Positions 25,134-32,000 of a stretch of DNA of 32,000 bases are shown piece by piece. The notes under the pieces were generated by a model. That model was given only the letters and a program-made list of their open reading frames with translations. It made no database searches and was not told the origin of the DNA. The DNA comes from Clostridiales bacterium (GTDB taxonomy: Bacteria > Bacillota > Clostridia > Christensenellales > Pumilibacteraceae). Location of the stretch: positions 1 to 32,000 of the forward strand of contig JAAVHP010000010.1 of assembly GCA_014799665.1 (NCBI GenBank), written 5' to 3'. The first letter of the stretch is position 1. Each line of letters starts with the position of its first letter. A program made the position numbers and the translations under genes.

Positions 25134-25991
25134 ATGGAAGCATTTTTGGAAGCGCTCGATAATTTTTTCGGCAAGCTTTTTAAAAGCGGCGAAGCAGACC
25201 CCGCAAAGGCTTGGCGCGATTGGGGTTACGACTACATATCGGTAGTCATGCTCATTCTTGTCGTCGTCGCAGTCGTGCTTATTCTGACTATCATTATCGC
25301 GGCTATTGTCGGCGTTAAGAACAAGAAGAAGCGAAAAGCGTTGCAAGAGCAAAACGACAAGCTGTCGGCTGTCGAACCGCTACGCGACAGCGGCGAGCTT
25401 CGCGCCGAGATCCGTGCCGAAATGGAACCCATTATCCGCGAACAGGTCGACAGAGAGTACAGGGAACGCTACGCCAAGGAAGAACCCAAGGCTAAGGAAG
25501 TTAAAAAAGAACAGTCGAAAGAGCAACCCAAGGAGCAGCCGAAAGAGGATAAACAAACGGAAGAGCTTCGCTCTATGATAGTCGATATTCACTCGACCAC
25601 TCAGGACCTTAAAGAACAGATCGAAACGCTCACCGCCGAAAACACCGCGCTCAAAAACGAGGTCGCGGCGCAAAACGAGCAAGCGGCAGAGGACGAAAAG
25701 CCCGCTAAAAAGACGGCTAAAAAGCCCGCACCCGCTCCTGTCGAAGACGAGGACGATTACGGCGAAGACGAATACGACAATGAGTACGGCGACGAAAATT
25801 CGGCATTGCAGGTATCCGTCCAGTACGACAGAATGAAAATGAACTGGGTGGTATTGCGCTCCGACTCGCCGAGAACGTACCGCCGTTGCGACACCAAGCA
25901 GGAAGCGCTGCCGCTCGCAAAAGACCTTGCAAAACGCCTTCACGCACAGCTCGTCGTCCACAAAAAAGACGGAAAGTTCCAAAAGATTTAA
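25134..25991 (+). CDS. membrane-anchored coiled-coil protein with a C-terminal DUF2188-like domain
   Basis: 285 aa with a TM helix ISVVMLILVVVAVVLILTIIIAAIVGV, a K/E-rich coiled-coil and an acidic stretch. The C-terminus WVVLRSDSPRTYRRCDTKQEALPLAKDLAKRLHAQLVVHKKDGKFQ resembles DUF2188 (PF09954). Confidence 0.75.
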   Translation: MEAFLEALDNFFGKLFKSGEADPAKAWRDWGYDYISVVMLILVVVAVVLILTIIIAAIVGVKNKKKRKALQEQNDKLSAVEPLRDSGELRAEIRAEMEPIIREQVDREYRERYAKEEPKAKEVKKEQSKEQPKEQPKEDKQTEELRSMIVDIHSTTQDLKEQIETLTAENTALKNEVAAQNEQAAEDEKPAKKTAKKPAPAPVEDEDDYGEDEYDNEYGDENSALQVSVQYDRMKMNWVVLRSDSPRTYRRCDTKQEALPLAKDLAKRLHAQLVVHKKDGKFQKI

Positions 25992-25994
25992 TTC

Positions 25995-26025
25995 AATTAG
26001 GAATTGTGAATTAGGAATTAGAAAT
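25995..26025. repeat. 31-nt heptad array, perfect copy of 27740-27770
   Basis: aattaggaattgtgaattaggaattagaaat = AATTAGG AATTGTG AATTAGG AATTAGA AAT. Confidence 0.9.
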
Positions 26026-26036
26026 TATCACAAAAC

Positions 26037-26071
26037 AAAAATTAGGAGTTCAATCGAGCTCCTAATTTTTT
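26037..26071. terminator. bidirectional rho-independent terminator between the convergent plus-strand gene and proS
   Basis: A 12-bp stem pairs 26040-26051 with 26056-26067 (one G.U on the plus strand) around an AATC loop. An A-run precedes it and a T-run follows. Confidence 0.65.
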
Positions 26072-26103
26072 GTTTATTGACTTATTTAAATGAACGTATT
26101 ATT

Positions 26104-26225
26104 GAGTGCGTAGTCGCGGCGCAGACGGGCAACAGTTAGCGAGCCGCCGACGGGAGTGTAGACCCACCTACATGACCAAGGCGGCGAGCTAAGCGTAGCC
26201 CGTATCCGCCGATGAATACGCGCTC
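26104..26225. ncRNA. candidate structured RNA element (cloverleaf-like four-helix fold), family and strand unknown
   Basis: This is a GC-rich non-coding stretch between the proS stop and the terminator. P1 pairs 26104-26112 with 26217-26225 (9 bp). P2 pairs 26113-26120 with 26143-26151 (8 bp, one bulge). P3 pairs 26156-26161 with 26168-26173. P4 pairs 26180-26184 with 26206-26210. Confidence 0.25.
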
Positions 26226-27669
26226 AATACGCGCGCGCAAAGTAAATGCGCTTTTTCGCTTTCTTCCCGCAGCAAACGCATTTATGCTTTTCCACACCCG
26301 ATTGATCGGCGTGCATAACGCGGCTTGTCGCAGAATAGGTCTGTTTGATTTTCTCCTCGCATTCCCTATCGCCGCACCAGTACGCGTCGGTAAAGTTGCC
26401 GCCGTCGAGCGCCGCGCCCATCTCGTCGAGGTTATTGACCTTTACGATATGATCTTGCGTGAATTTAGCCGCCTTGTCGAGCATATTCTTTCTTATGGTC
26501 TCTAAAAGCTCGGTCGCGCCATTAACCACGCCGTCCAAAGGCATAGTGAACTTCTCAGCAGTATCGCGGCGGCAAACGGTAACGACGCCTGCTTCTATAT
26601 CTCGCCCGCCGAGTTCCATTCTTACGGGCACGCCGCGAAGCTCCCAATGGTTGAACTTAAACCCGGGCGACTGGTCGCGGTTATCCACCGTAACGCGCAC
26701 GCCAGCCTTAACCAGATCGGCTTTAATCGCTTCTGCTTTATCGGCAACTGCGTGGTTCTTTACCGCGCCGATAGGAATAATAACGACCTGAACGGGCGCA
26801 ACGGGCGGCGGCAGGCACAGTCCGCGCTCGTCGCCGTGCGCCATAATGATAGCGCCTATAAGCCGCGTGGAAATGCCCCAGCTCGCCTGGTACGCGTACT
26901 TATGCGTGCCGTCCTTGTCCAAGAACTTAATATCGAACGCCTTGGCGAAATTCTCGCCGAGGTAGTGCGTAGTGCCGGCTTGAAGGCTTTTGCCGTCTTT
27001 CATCATCGCTTCCATACCGTACGTAGCGACCGCACCCGCAAACTTCTCTTTTTCGGACTTCTGCCCGACAAGCACGGGCAAGCACAGAACGTCGTTGGCA
27101 AGCTCCTTGTACACGCCGAGCATAGTGAGCGCGTCGGCGTTCGCTTCCTCGGCGGAAGCAAACACGGTATGACCTTCCTGCCACAAAAACTCGCTCGTTC
27201 TGAGGAACGGGCGTGTGGTTTTCTCCCACCGCACAACGTTCGCCCACTGATTGAGTTTAAGCGGAAGATCGCGGTACGAGCTTATCCACTTAGAATACAT
27301 ATTGCCGATGATCGTCTCAGACGTAGGACGAAGCACGAGCTTTTCGCCGAGCTCGGTATCGCCTACGTGCGTGACAGTCGCAACCTCTGGCGCGAACCCT
27401 TCCACGTGCTCGGCTTCGCGCATAAGGAATGTTTGCGGTATGAGCATGGGGAAATACGCGTTCTCGACGCCCTGCGCCTTGAACCGTTTATCCGCTTCGG
27501 CTTGAATACGCTCCCAGATCGCGTAACCGTACGGGCGAAAAACCATAGTGCCCTTAACGGGACCGTAATCGCACAGCTCCGATTTAAGGCAAACGTCGGT
27601 ATACCACTTAGTGTAGTCGGTATTGATGTCGGCTATCTGATTGACAAATCTGTCGTTCTTTTCTGCCAT
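26224..27669 (-). CDS. proS: proline--tRNA ligase, archaeal/eukaryote-like type with a C-terminal zinc-binding domain
   Basis: 481 aa starting MAEKNDRFVNQIADINTDYTKWYTDV, with class II motifs. The C-terminus is YWCGDRECEEKIK...KCVCCGKKAKKRIYFARAY. Confidence 0.95.
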   Translation of the reverse strand: MAEKNDRFVNQIADINTDYTKWYTDVCLKSELCDYGPVKGTMVFRPYGYAIWERIQAEADKRFKAQGVENAYFPMLIPQTFLMREAEHVEGFAPEVATVTHVGDTELGEKLVLRPTSETIIGNMYSKWISSYRDLPLKLNQWANVVRWEKTTRPFLRTSEFLWQEGHTVFASAEEANADALTMLGVYKELANDVLCLPVLVGQKSEKEKFAGAVATYGMEAMMKDGKSLQAGTTHYLGENFAKAFDIKFLDKDGTHKYAYQASWGISTRLIGAIIMAHGDERGLCLPPPVAPVQVVIIPIGAVKNHAVADKAEAIKADLVKAGVRVTVDNRDQSPGFKFNHWELRGVPVRMELGGRDIEAGVVTVCRRDTAEKFTMPLDGVVNGATELLETIRKNMLDKAAKFTQDHIVKVNNLDEMGAALDGGNFTDAYWCGDRECEEKIKQTYSATSRVMHADQSGVEKHKCVCCGKKAKKRIYFARAY

Positions 27670-27699
27670 GATAAGCTCCGTATAATTTAATTATATAAG

Positions 27700-27728
27700 A
27701 GTTTATCACAATAATCGAAAACAGTCAA
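27700..27728 (-). promoter_or_regulatory. candidate promoter for proS
   Basis: Minus strand reads TTGACT (27728-27723), a 17-nt spacer ending TGA, then TAAACT (27705-27700). GGAG lies at 27679-27676. Confidence 0.45.
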
Positions 27729-27739
27729 GCAATATAATT

Positions 27740-27812
27740 AATTAGGAATTGTGAATTAGGAATTAGAAATGATTGACCCCTACGGGGTAATTTTCTTAAT
27801 TGTATCCTTATT
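27740..27812. repeat. 31-nt heptad array (copy 2) plus GC mini-hairpin and AATTGTATCCTTA module
   Basis: 27740-27770 is identical to 25995-26025. It is followed by gattg ACCCC-TAC-GGGGT (27776-27788) and taattttcttaattgtatccttattt. Confidence 0.85.
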
Positions 27813-27813
27813 T

Positions 27814-27853
27814 GCCTTCCCCAATTGGGGAAGGTGGCACGGCGTAAGCCGTG
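27814..27853. repeat. 20-bp perfect palindrome module, copy B, with an adjacent GNRA hairpin
   Basis: gCCTTCCCCAATTGGGGAAGGtg (27814-27836) is followed by CACGGC-GTAA-GCCGTG (27838-27853). Confidence 0.85.
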
Positions 27854-27864
27854 ACGGATGAGGG

Positions 27865-27894
27865 CATAATTCATAATTACTAATTCCTAATTAC
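27865..27894. repeat. heptad array inverted relative to 27740-27770, at the bofA stop
   Basis: The reverse complement of cataattcataattactaattcctaattac is gtaattaggaattagtaattatgaattatg. It matches the left array at 22 of 28 aligned positions, including the first 11 (AATTAGGAATT). Confidence 0.75.
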
Positions 27895-28148
27895 AACAGC
27901 ATCGCCGCGGCTACTACCACTCCCGCACCGGGCAAGCCCAAAACGCCGACCAAAAGCGCATTGAACGCATTGAACGGCAACACGATAATATTAAACGCCG
28001 AAAGGAACGCAATGAGCGCCCCGCCCGCGAATGAATTGATAAGCACGCGCATCACTCCGCGCGTTTTCAATCTCGTAACCCATGCAACGACGGCTACGAG
28101 CGCCGCCGCAGCAACGAATATGAGCACCGTTTCCCAACTGAATTCCAT
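27891..28148 (-). CDS. bofA: BofA-family membrane protein (pro-sigma-K processing inhibitor)
   Basis: 85 aa with two TM helices. INSFAGGALIAFLSAFN...LPFNAFNALLVGVLGLPGAGVVVAAAMLL parallels the BofA C-terminal block (..VAGALLL..N..T..ISGILGIPG...). Confidence 0.65.
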   Translation of the reverse strand: MEFSWETVLIFVAAAALVAVVAWVTRLKTRGVMRVLINSFAGGALIAFLSAFNIIVLPFNAFNALLVGVLGLPGAGVVVAAAMLL

Positions 28149-28171
28149 GCTACATTATATGCGCATAAAAC

Positions 28172-28200
28172 AAAAAAATACGGACAAGCTATCCGTATTT
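28172..28200 (-). terminator. rho-independent terminator after the histidine kinase gene
   Basis: On the minus strand a 9-bp stem AAATACGGA / TCCGTATTT (28176-28184 and 28192-28200) with a 7-nt loop runs into TTTTTTTG. Confidence 0.7.
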
Positions 28201-28209
28201 TCATAAAAC

Positions 28210-29532
28210 CTAATACAATTCGATAGTGAACGTACTGCCCTCGCCGAGCTCGCTGTCCACACGTATCTTGCCGCCCATCATCTCGACGATCTGCTTGCAA
28301 ATGGTAAGCCCGAGCCCGCTCGACCCCGCTGCGCGACTACGCACCTTGTCGCAGCGGTAGAACCGCTCGAATATATGCTCTCTGTCCTCTTTGGCAATGC
28401 CAATGCCGTTATCGGCGACGGCTATCTCTATATGCTCGTCAACGTTATTGACGGATATGGCTATCTCGCCCGCTTCGGGCGGCGTGTACTTTATGGCGTT
28501 GTCCACGAGCGTGCGCACCGCTTCGGTTATAAGGTTCTTATCGGCGTTGAGCGTGATCGACGGATCGCCCGAAAGGCTGAGCGCGTGGCGGAGATTAACC
28601 ATTTTGTACCCGTCCACTATGCCGTCTACCGTTTCGTAAAGATTGAACTCGGTATTGTTGAGCGTAAACTTGCCGAGCTTGGCGAGCCACAAAAGCTGTT
28701 CGACGATACGCTTCATATTCTCGGCTTCGCGCGAGATCGCTTCCACACTCTCGTCCAAAATCTTGGGATCGTCCTTGCCCCAACGCCGCAAAAGATTGGC
28801 GTAGCCCGCAATAACGGACAACGGCGTTTTGAGCTCGTGCGACGCGTCAGACACGAAGTTCTCCTGCCGCTCGAACGCTTCCTGCAAGCTGTCAAGCATG
28901 GCGTTAATTTGGTTTGTAAGCTCCATCAACTCGTCCTGCGTATCGACGGGCTCTAACCGTGCCGAGCTTATATTCTCGTCCGAAATCTGTTTAACGCGCT
29001 TTGTTATCTTGCGCACGGGATTGATCATGTACTGGCTCGAAAAACCACCTAGCGTCGCGCCGAGCACTATAAACAGCGCAACGAGCACCGTCGAGGTAAT
29101 TACGAGCCGCCGCATATAATCGGCTGTCACCGTGCCGTCCACAAGGCTATCAAGGCTCGCAAGGATAAACGCGGCGTACCCGATTATCATAACGCCGAAC
29201 ACGACTGTGAACACCACCGTGGTCTTTACGGTGATGCCCACTCGAAACTTTTTAAAAAGAAACCTAACGCCCATTACAATGAGCGTTATCGGGAAAAACA
29301 AGATTTTAACGAGCAGAAGAATGCTGTCCTTGACCTCGCGTTTGGTCGGGGCTTTCTCGGCGTTCTGTGCGCTCTTGATTTCGGCGAGCGTTTGGCGCAC
29401 CGCCTCTTTATTTTCGGGAAGCGCGTCCGCACGCACGGGCACGGTCAGCGTTTCGCTCTCGCCGACAGGACCGTCCACAGCCGCGTCGCCGCGCACGGGA
29501 CCGAATTCCTCGCGTTCGTCGCGCTCGCTCAT
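28210..29532 (-). CDS. sensor histidine kinase (multi-TM, HAMP, HisKA, HATPase)
   Basis: 440 aa with H-box [11 protein letters not shown]-box DNAIKYT and G-boxes DNGIGI and GLGLTI. The start overlaps the regulator stop (ATGA at 29529-29532). Confidence 0.9.
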   Translation of the reverse strand: MSERDEREEFGPVRGDAAVDGPVGESETLTVPVRADALPENKEAVRQTLAEIKSAQNAEKAPTKREVKDSILLLVKILFFPITLIVMGVRFLFKKFRVGITVKTTVVFTVVFGVMIIGYAAFILASLDSLVDGTVTADYMRRLVITSTVLVALFIVLGATLGGFSSQYMINPVRKITKRVKQISDENISSARLEPVDTQDELMELTNQINAMLDSLQEAFERQENFVSDASHELKTPLSVIAGYANLLRRWGKDDPKILDESVEAISREAENMKRIVEQLLWLAKLGKFTLNNTEFNLYETVDGIVDGYKMVNLRHALSLSGDPSITLNADKNLITEAVRTLVDNAIKYTPPEAGEIAISVNNVDEHIEIAVADNGIGIAKEDREHIFERFYRCDKVRSRAAGSSGLGLTICKQIVEMMGGKIRVDSELGEGSTFTIELY

Positions 29533-30203
29533 CTTATAACGTATCCCGAGCCGCGCACCGTCTCGATGAGCGTAACGCCGTAAACGTCGTCTATCTTAGA
29601 CCGCAAGTACCGCACGTACACGTCGACGACGTTGGTACTGCCGTAAAAATCAAACCCCCAAACCGCGTCCAACAGCTGCTCGCGGCTGACTACAATATTG
29701 CGGTTCTGAATGAGATACAGCAAGAGATCGAATTCTTTTTTGGTAAGGTCAATGGTATGTCCGTCGTACGACGCGACGCGCGCTTCGGGATTGACGGACA
29801 GTTTGTTGCAAACGATATCCGCGCTCGCGTGCGCGCCGGAATGCTTTATGTGCAGGCGGATACGCGCAAGTAGCTCCTCTATTGCGAACGGCTTGGTCAT
29901 GTAATCGTTGGCGCCGATGTCGAGCCCCGTCACCTTGTCCACGACCTGATCGCGCGCCGTAAGAATTATTACGGGCGTTTGCTTTTGCTGGCGCAGCCTG
30001 CGCAAAACTTCTATGCCGTTGAGCGAGGGCAGCATAACGTCGAGAACAATAAGATCGAAGTCACGCGCGAGCGCGAGATCGAGCGCTTCCCTGCCGTCCG
30101 CGCTGATAGTGCAGCCGTAGTTCTCGTGTTCGAGTTCGAGCTGCAAAAACCGTGAAATCTGTGCCTCGTCCTCGACTATAAGGATTTCTTTTTTATCGGA
30201 CAT
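29529..30203 (-). CDS. OmpR/PhoB-family response regulator
   Basis: 224 aa. The receiver domain has ILIVEDE and DLIVLDVMLP. The winged-helix C-terminus has VYVRYLRSKID...TVRGSGY. Confidence 0.93.
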   Translation of the reverse strand: MSDKKEILIVEDEAQISRFLQLELEHENYGCTISADGREALDLALARDFDLIVLDVMLPSLNGIEVLRRLRQQKQTPVIILTARDQVVDKVTGLDIGANDYMTKPFAIEELLARIRLHIKHSGAHASADIVCNKLSVNPEARVASYDGHTIDLTKKEFDLLLYLIQNRNIVVSREQLLDAVWGFDFYGSTNVVDVYVRYLRSKIDDVYGVTLIETVRGSGYVIR

Positions 30204-30217
30204 GATAAAACCTTTTA

Positions 30218-31639
30218 CTAGTGCTTTTTAACGTATTCTATCCGCATATTATTGGTGTTACCCGAAACGCCCACGGGCACGCCCGCGGCGATAACAACGA
30301 GATCGCCCTCTTGAACCATACCGGTCGACAGCGCACAGTTGATAACGTGACGGAACAAATCGTCGCTCGACTCCTGCATCTTGCTGAGCGTAGGCAGAAC
30401 GCCCCAGTTCATGGCGAGCTGGTTATACGCCTTGACCGAGGTCGTGGGCGCGATAATAGGCGCGGACGGACGGAACCGCGAAATCTTGCGCGCGGTATAG
30501 CCCGACTGCGACACTGCGATTATCGCTTTCGCGTCGAGGTCGAACGCCGCCGCGCAGGTCGAGTGCGACACCGCGTCGGTTATCGACTTAATATCCGCTT
30601 CGAGCGAATTGAACCGTTTCTTGTAGTTTATACCGCTCTCGGCGCACTCGGCAATGCTCGCCATGGTGCGCACCGCTTCGACGGGATAATTGCCCGCGGC
30701 GGTCTCGCCCGAAAGCATGATAGCCGACGAACCGTCGTAAACGGCGTTGGCTACGTCCGATATCTCGGCACGCGTGGGGCGCGGATTAGTAATCATGGAC
30801 TCCAACATCTGCGTAGCGGTGATAACCTTTTTGCCGCTACGGTAGCATCTGGAAATCATATCCTTTTGTATGCCGGGCAGCTCCTCGAACGGGATCTCAA
30901 CGCCCATATCGCCGCGCGCGACCATAACGCCGTCGCACTCGGCAAGGATCGCGGGCATATTGTCAACGCCCTGACGGTTCTCGATTTTAGCAATAAGCTG
31001 AACGTTATCGGCGTCGTGCTCGGTAAGCAAACGCTTAATAATGCGCACGTCGTCAACAGTCCGCACAAACGACATAGCGATATAGTCCACGTCGTTCTCT
31101 ATGCCGAACACTATATCCGCACGGTCGCTCTCGCTGAGGTACGGCATATCGATAAAGGTGTCGGGCATATTAATGCTCTTACGGTTGGACAGCACACCGT
31201 CGTTCATGACGGTAGTCACTATATCGGTCGAGCTGATCGACTGAACGCTGAGCTCGATAAGCCCGTCGTTCACGAGTATGCGCGCACCCTTTTTAACATA
31301 GCTGGGAAGCTCGGCGTACGAAACGGAAACGCATGTCTCGTCGCCTTCTACCTCGCGCGTGGTGAGCGTAAAGCTGTTCCCCTTTTTAAGATCGACCTTG
31401 CCGTCCTTGAACGTTTTGATACGGATCTCGGGACCCTTGGTATCGAGAAGAATAGCCACGGGCACGCCGAGCTCTTTACGCGCGCGCTTGACCGCGTCTA
31501 TGCGCTTACGGTGTTCGTCGTGCGTGCCGTGCGAAAAGTTGAGCCGCGCCACGTTCATGCCCGCGCGTACCATGTTTTTAAGAACGGCGTAATCGTCGGT
31601 AGCCGGTCCGAGTGTGCAAACGATCTTTGTTCTGCGCAT
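30218..31639 (-). CDS. pyk: pyruvate kinase
   Basis: 473 aa starting MRRTKIVCTLGPA, with MVARGDMGVEIP and full-length family resemblance. GGGAG RBS. Confidence 0.96.
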   Translation of the reverse strand: MRRTKIVCTLGPATDDYAVLKNMVRAGMNVARLNFSHGTHDEHRKRIDAVKRARKELGVPVAILLDTKGPEIRIKTFKDGKVDLKKGNSFTLTTREVEGDETCVSVSYAELPSYVKKGARILVNDGLIELSVQSISSTDIVTTVMNDGVLSNRKSINMPDTFIDMPYLSESDRADIVFGIENDVDYIAMSFVRTVDDVRIIKRLLTEHDADNVQLIAKIENRQGVDNMPAILAECDGVMVARGDMGVEIPFEELPGIQKDMISRCYRSGKKVITATQMLESMITNPRPTRAEISDVANAVYDGSSAIMLSGETAAGNYPVEAVRTMASIAECAESGINYKKRFNSLEADIKSITDAVSHSTCAAAFDLDAKAIIAVSQSGYTARKISRFRPSAPIIAPTTSVKAYNQLAMNWGVLPTLSKMQESSDDLFRHVINCALSTGMVQEGDLVVIAAGVPVGVSGNTNNMRIEYVKKH

Positions 31640-31680
31640 AGTTTACTCCCTATTAAGCAATTTTATAGCGATATTTTAGC

Positions 31681-32000
31681 TTAAAGAACTTCCTTGACCC
31701 TCTGAACAAGCATAGCCTTCTCGTCACCCTTCACCTTCTGAACGTAAGTCATAAGGAGATTAGCCTGCTTGCGGTTAAGCTCGACGCGGTGCGTCGAATT
31801 CTTCTTCATCATCTCGATAAAGTACTTATCGAGGAACTTGATCATGTACCCGCCGTACGAAACCTTCATAGCCTCGTTCTTGATAAGGTTCTTGAAAATA
31901 CTCTCGACGGTATCGACCTTGCCAGCCACCAAAAGATTGACCGCAAGATCGAACAGCGCGCCTTCCGCCGCCGACGGAGCGAACGAGAACACTGCGCGGT
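31681..32000 (-). CDS. C-terminal ~106 codons of an unidentified protein (ORF enters from the right edge)
   Basis: The frame is open from the window edge to TAA at 31681-31683. The track start at 31992 is only an in-frame GTG. I do not recognise the sequence (...VSYGGYMIKFLDKYFIEMMKK...). Confidence 0.55.
   Translation of the reverse strand, partial: RAVFSFAPSAAEGALFDLAVNLLVAGKVDTVESIFKNLIKNEAMKVSYGGYMIKFLDKYFIEMMKKNSTHRVELNRKQANLLMTYVQKVKGDEKAMLVQRVKEVL

Noticed and set aside
26104-26225. Identity of the structured element as tRNA, SRP (4.5S) RNA, 6S RNA, tmRNA, or a c-di-GMP, glycine, ZTP, Mn or fluoride riboswitch.
   Set aside because: None of the conserved cores I know is present: no T-loop GGTTCGA, no SRP GGAA-tetraloop helix 8, and no riboswitch consensus strings. 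ACCAAGGCGG resembles the SRP GCCAAGGCAG only superficially.
26235-26256. Plus-strand intrinsic terminator inside the 3' end of proS.
   Set aside because: The stem is only 5 bp, and the T-run is the complement of the Lys-rich codons (KKAKKR) of the ProRS C-terminus. It is mentioned only as a possible end for a plus-strand RNA, not annotated.

Overview
This 32-kb chromosomal segment reads like a Gram-positive, probably endospore-forming Clostridia-type genome. Supporting signs are a BofA homologue, fhs, an archaeal-type ProRS and extreme strand bias (20 of 21 genes on the minus strand). Coding DNA is GC-rich (36 G+C in nt 12661-12720). Minus-strand gene order, right to left:
- partial unknown ORF, pyk, OmpR-type response regulator, histidine kinase
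- bofA
- proS
- the only plus-strand gene (TM / coiled-coil / DUF2188-like)
- metK, recD2
- YacL-like membrane protein
- 12-TM MFS-like protein, fhs
- atypical SDR
- short alaS, metG, an AT-rich four-helix-bundle cassette, leuS
- an accessory-looking, translationally coupled operon: 230-aa membrane protein, 1801-aa BspA-type LRR surface protein, 1030-aa GH3-like fusion protein, and a membrane protein that runs off the left edge.
I saw no rRNA, tRNA, CRISPR, transposase, integrase or recognisable defence genes. The most unusual content is non-coding. Nearly every sizeable intergenic spacer carries 7-nt-periodic AT-rich arrays (AATTNNN)n, set as inverted repeats around GC-rich mini-hairpins and starting at the stop codon of the upstream gene. 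One such stem carries the four-helix-bundle (23S-IVS/Avd family) ORF as cargo. Another carries a 20-bp perfect palindrome, CCTTCCCCAATTGGGGAAGG, which occurs twice in the window. There is also an array of five different hairpins joined by a conserved 7-nt linker, and a cloverleaf-like GC-rich element after proS. All calls come from reading the sequence and by-eye motif recognition. No database search or folding program was run.
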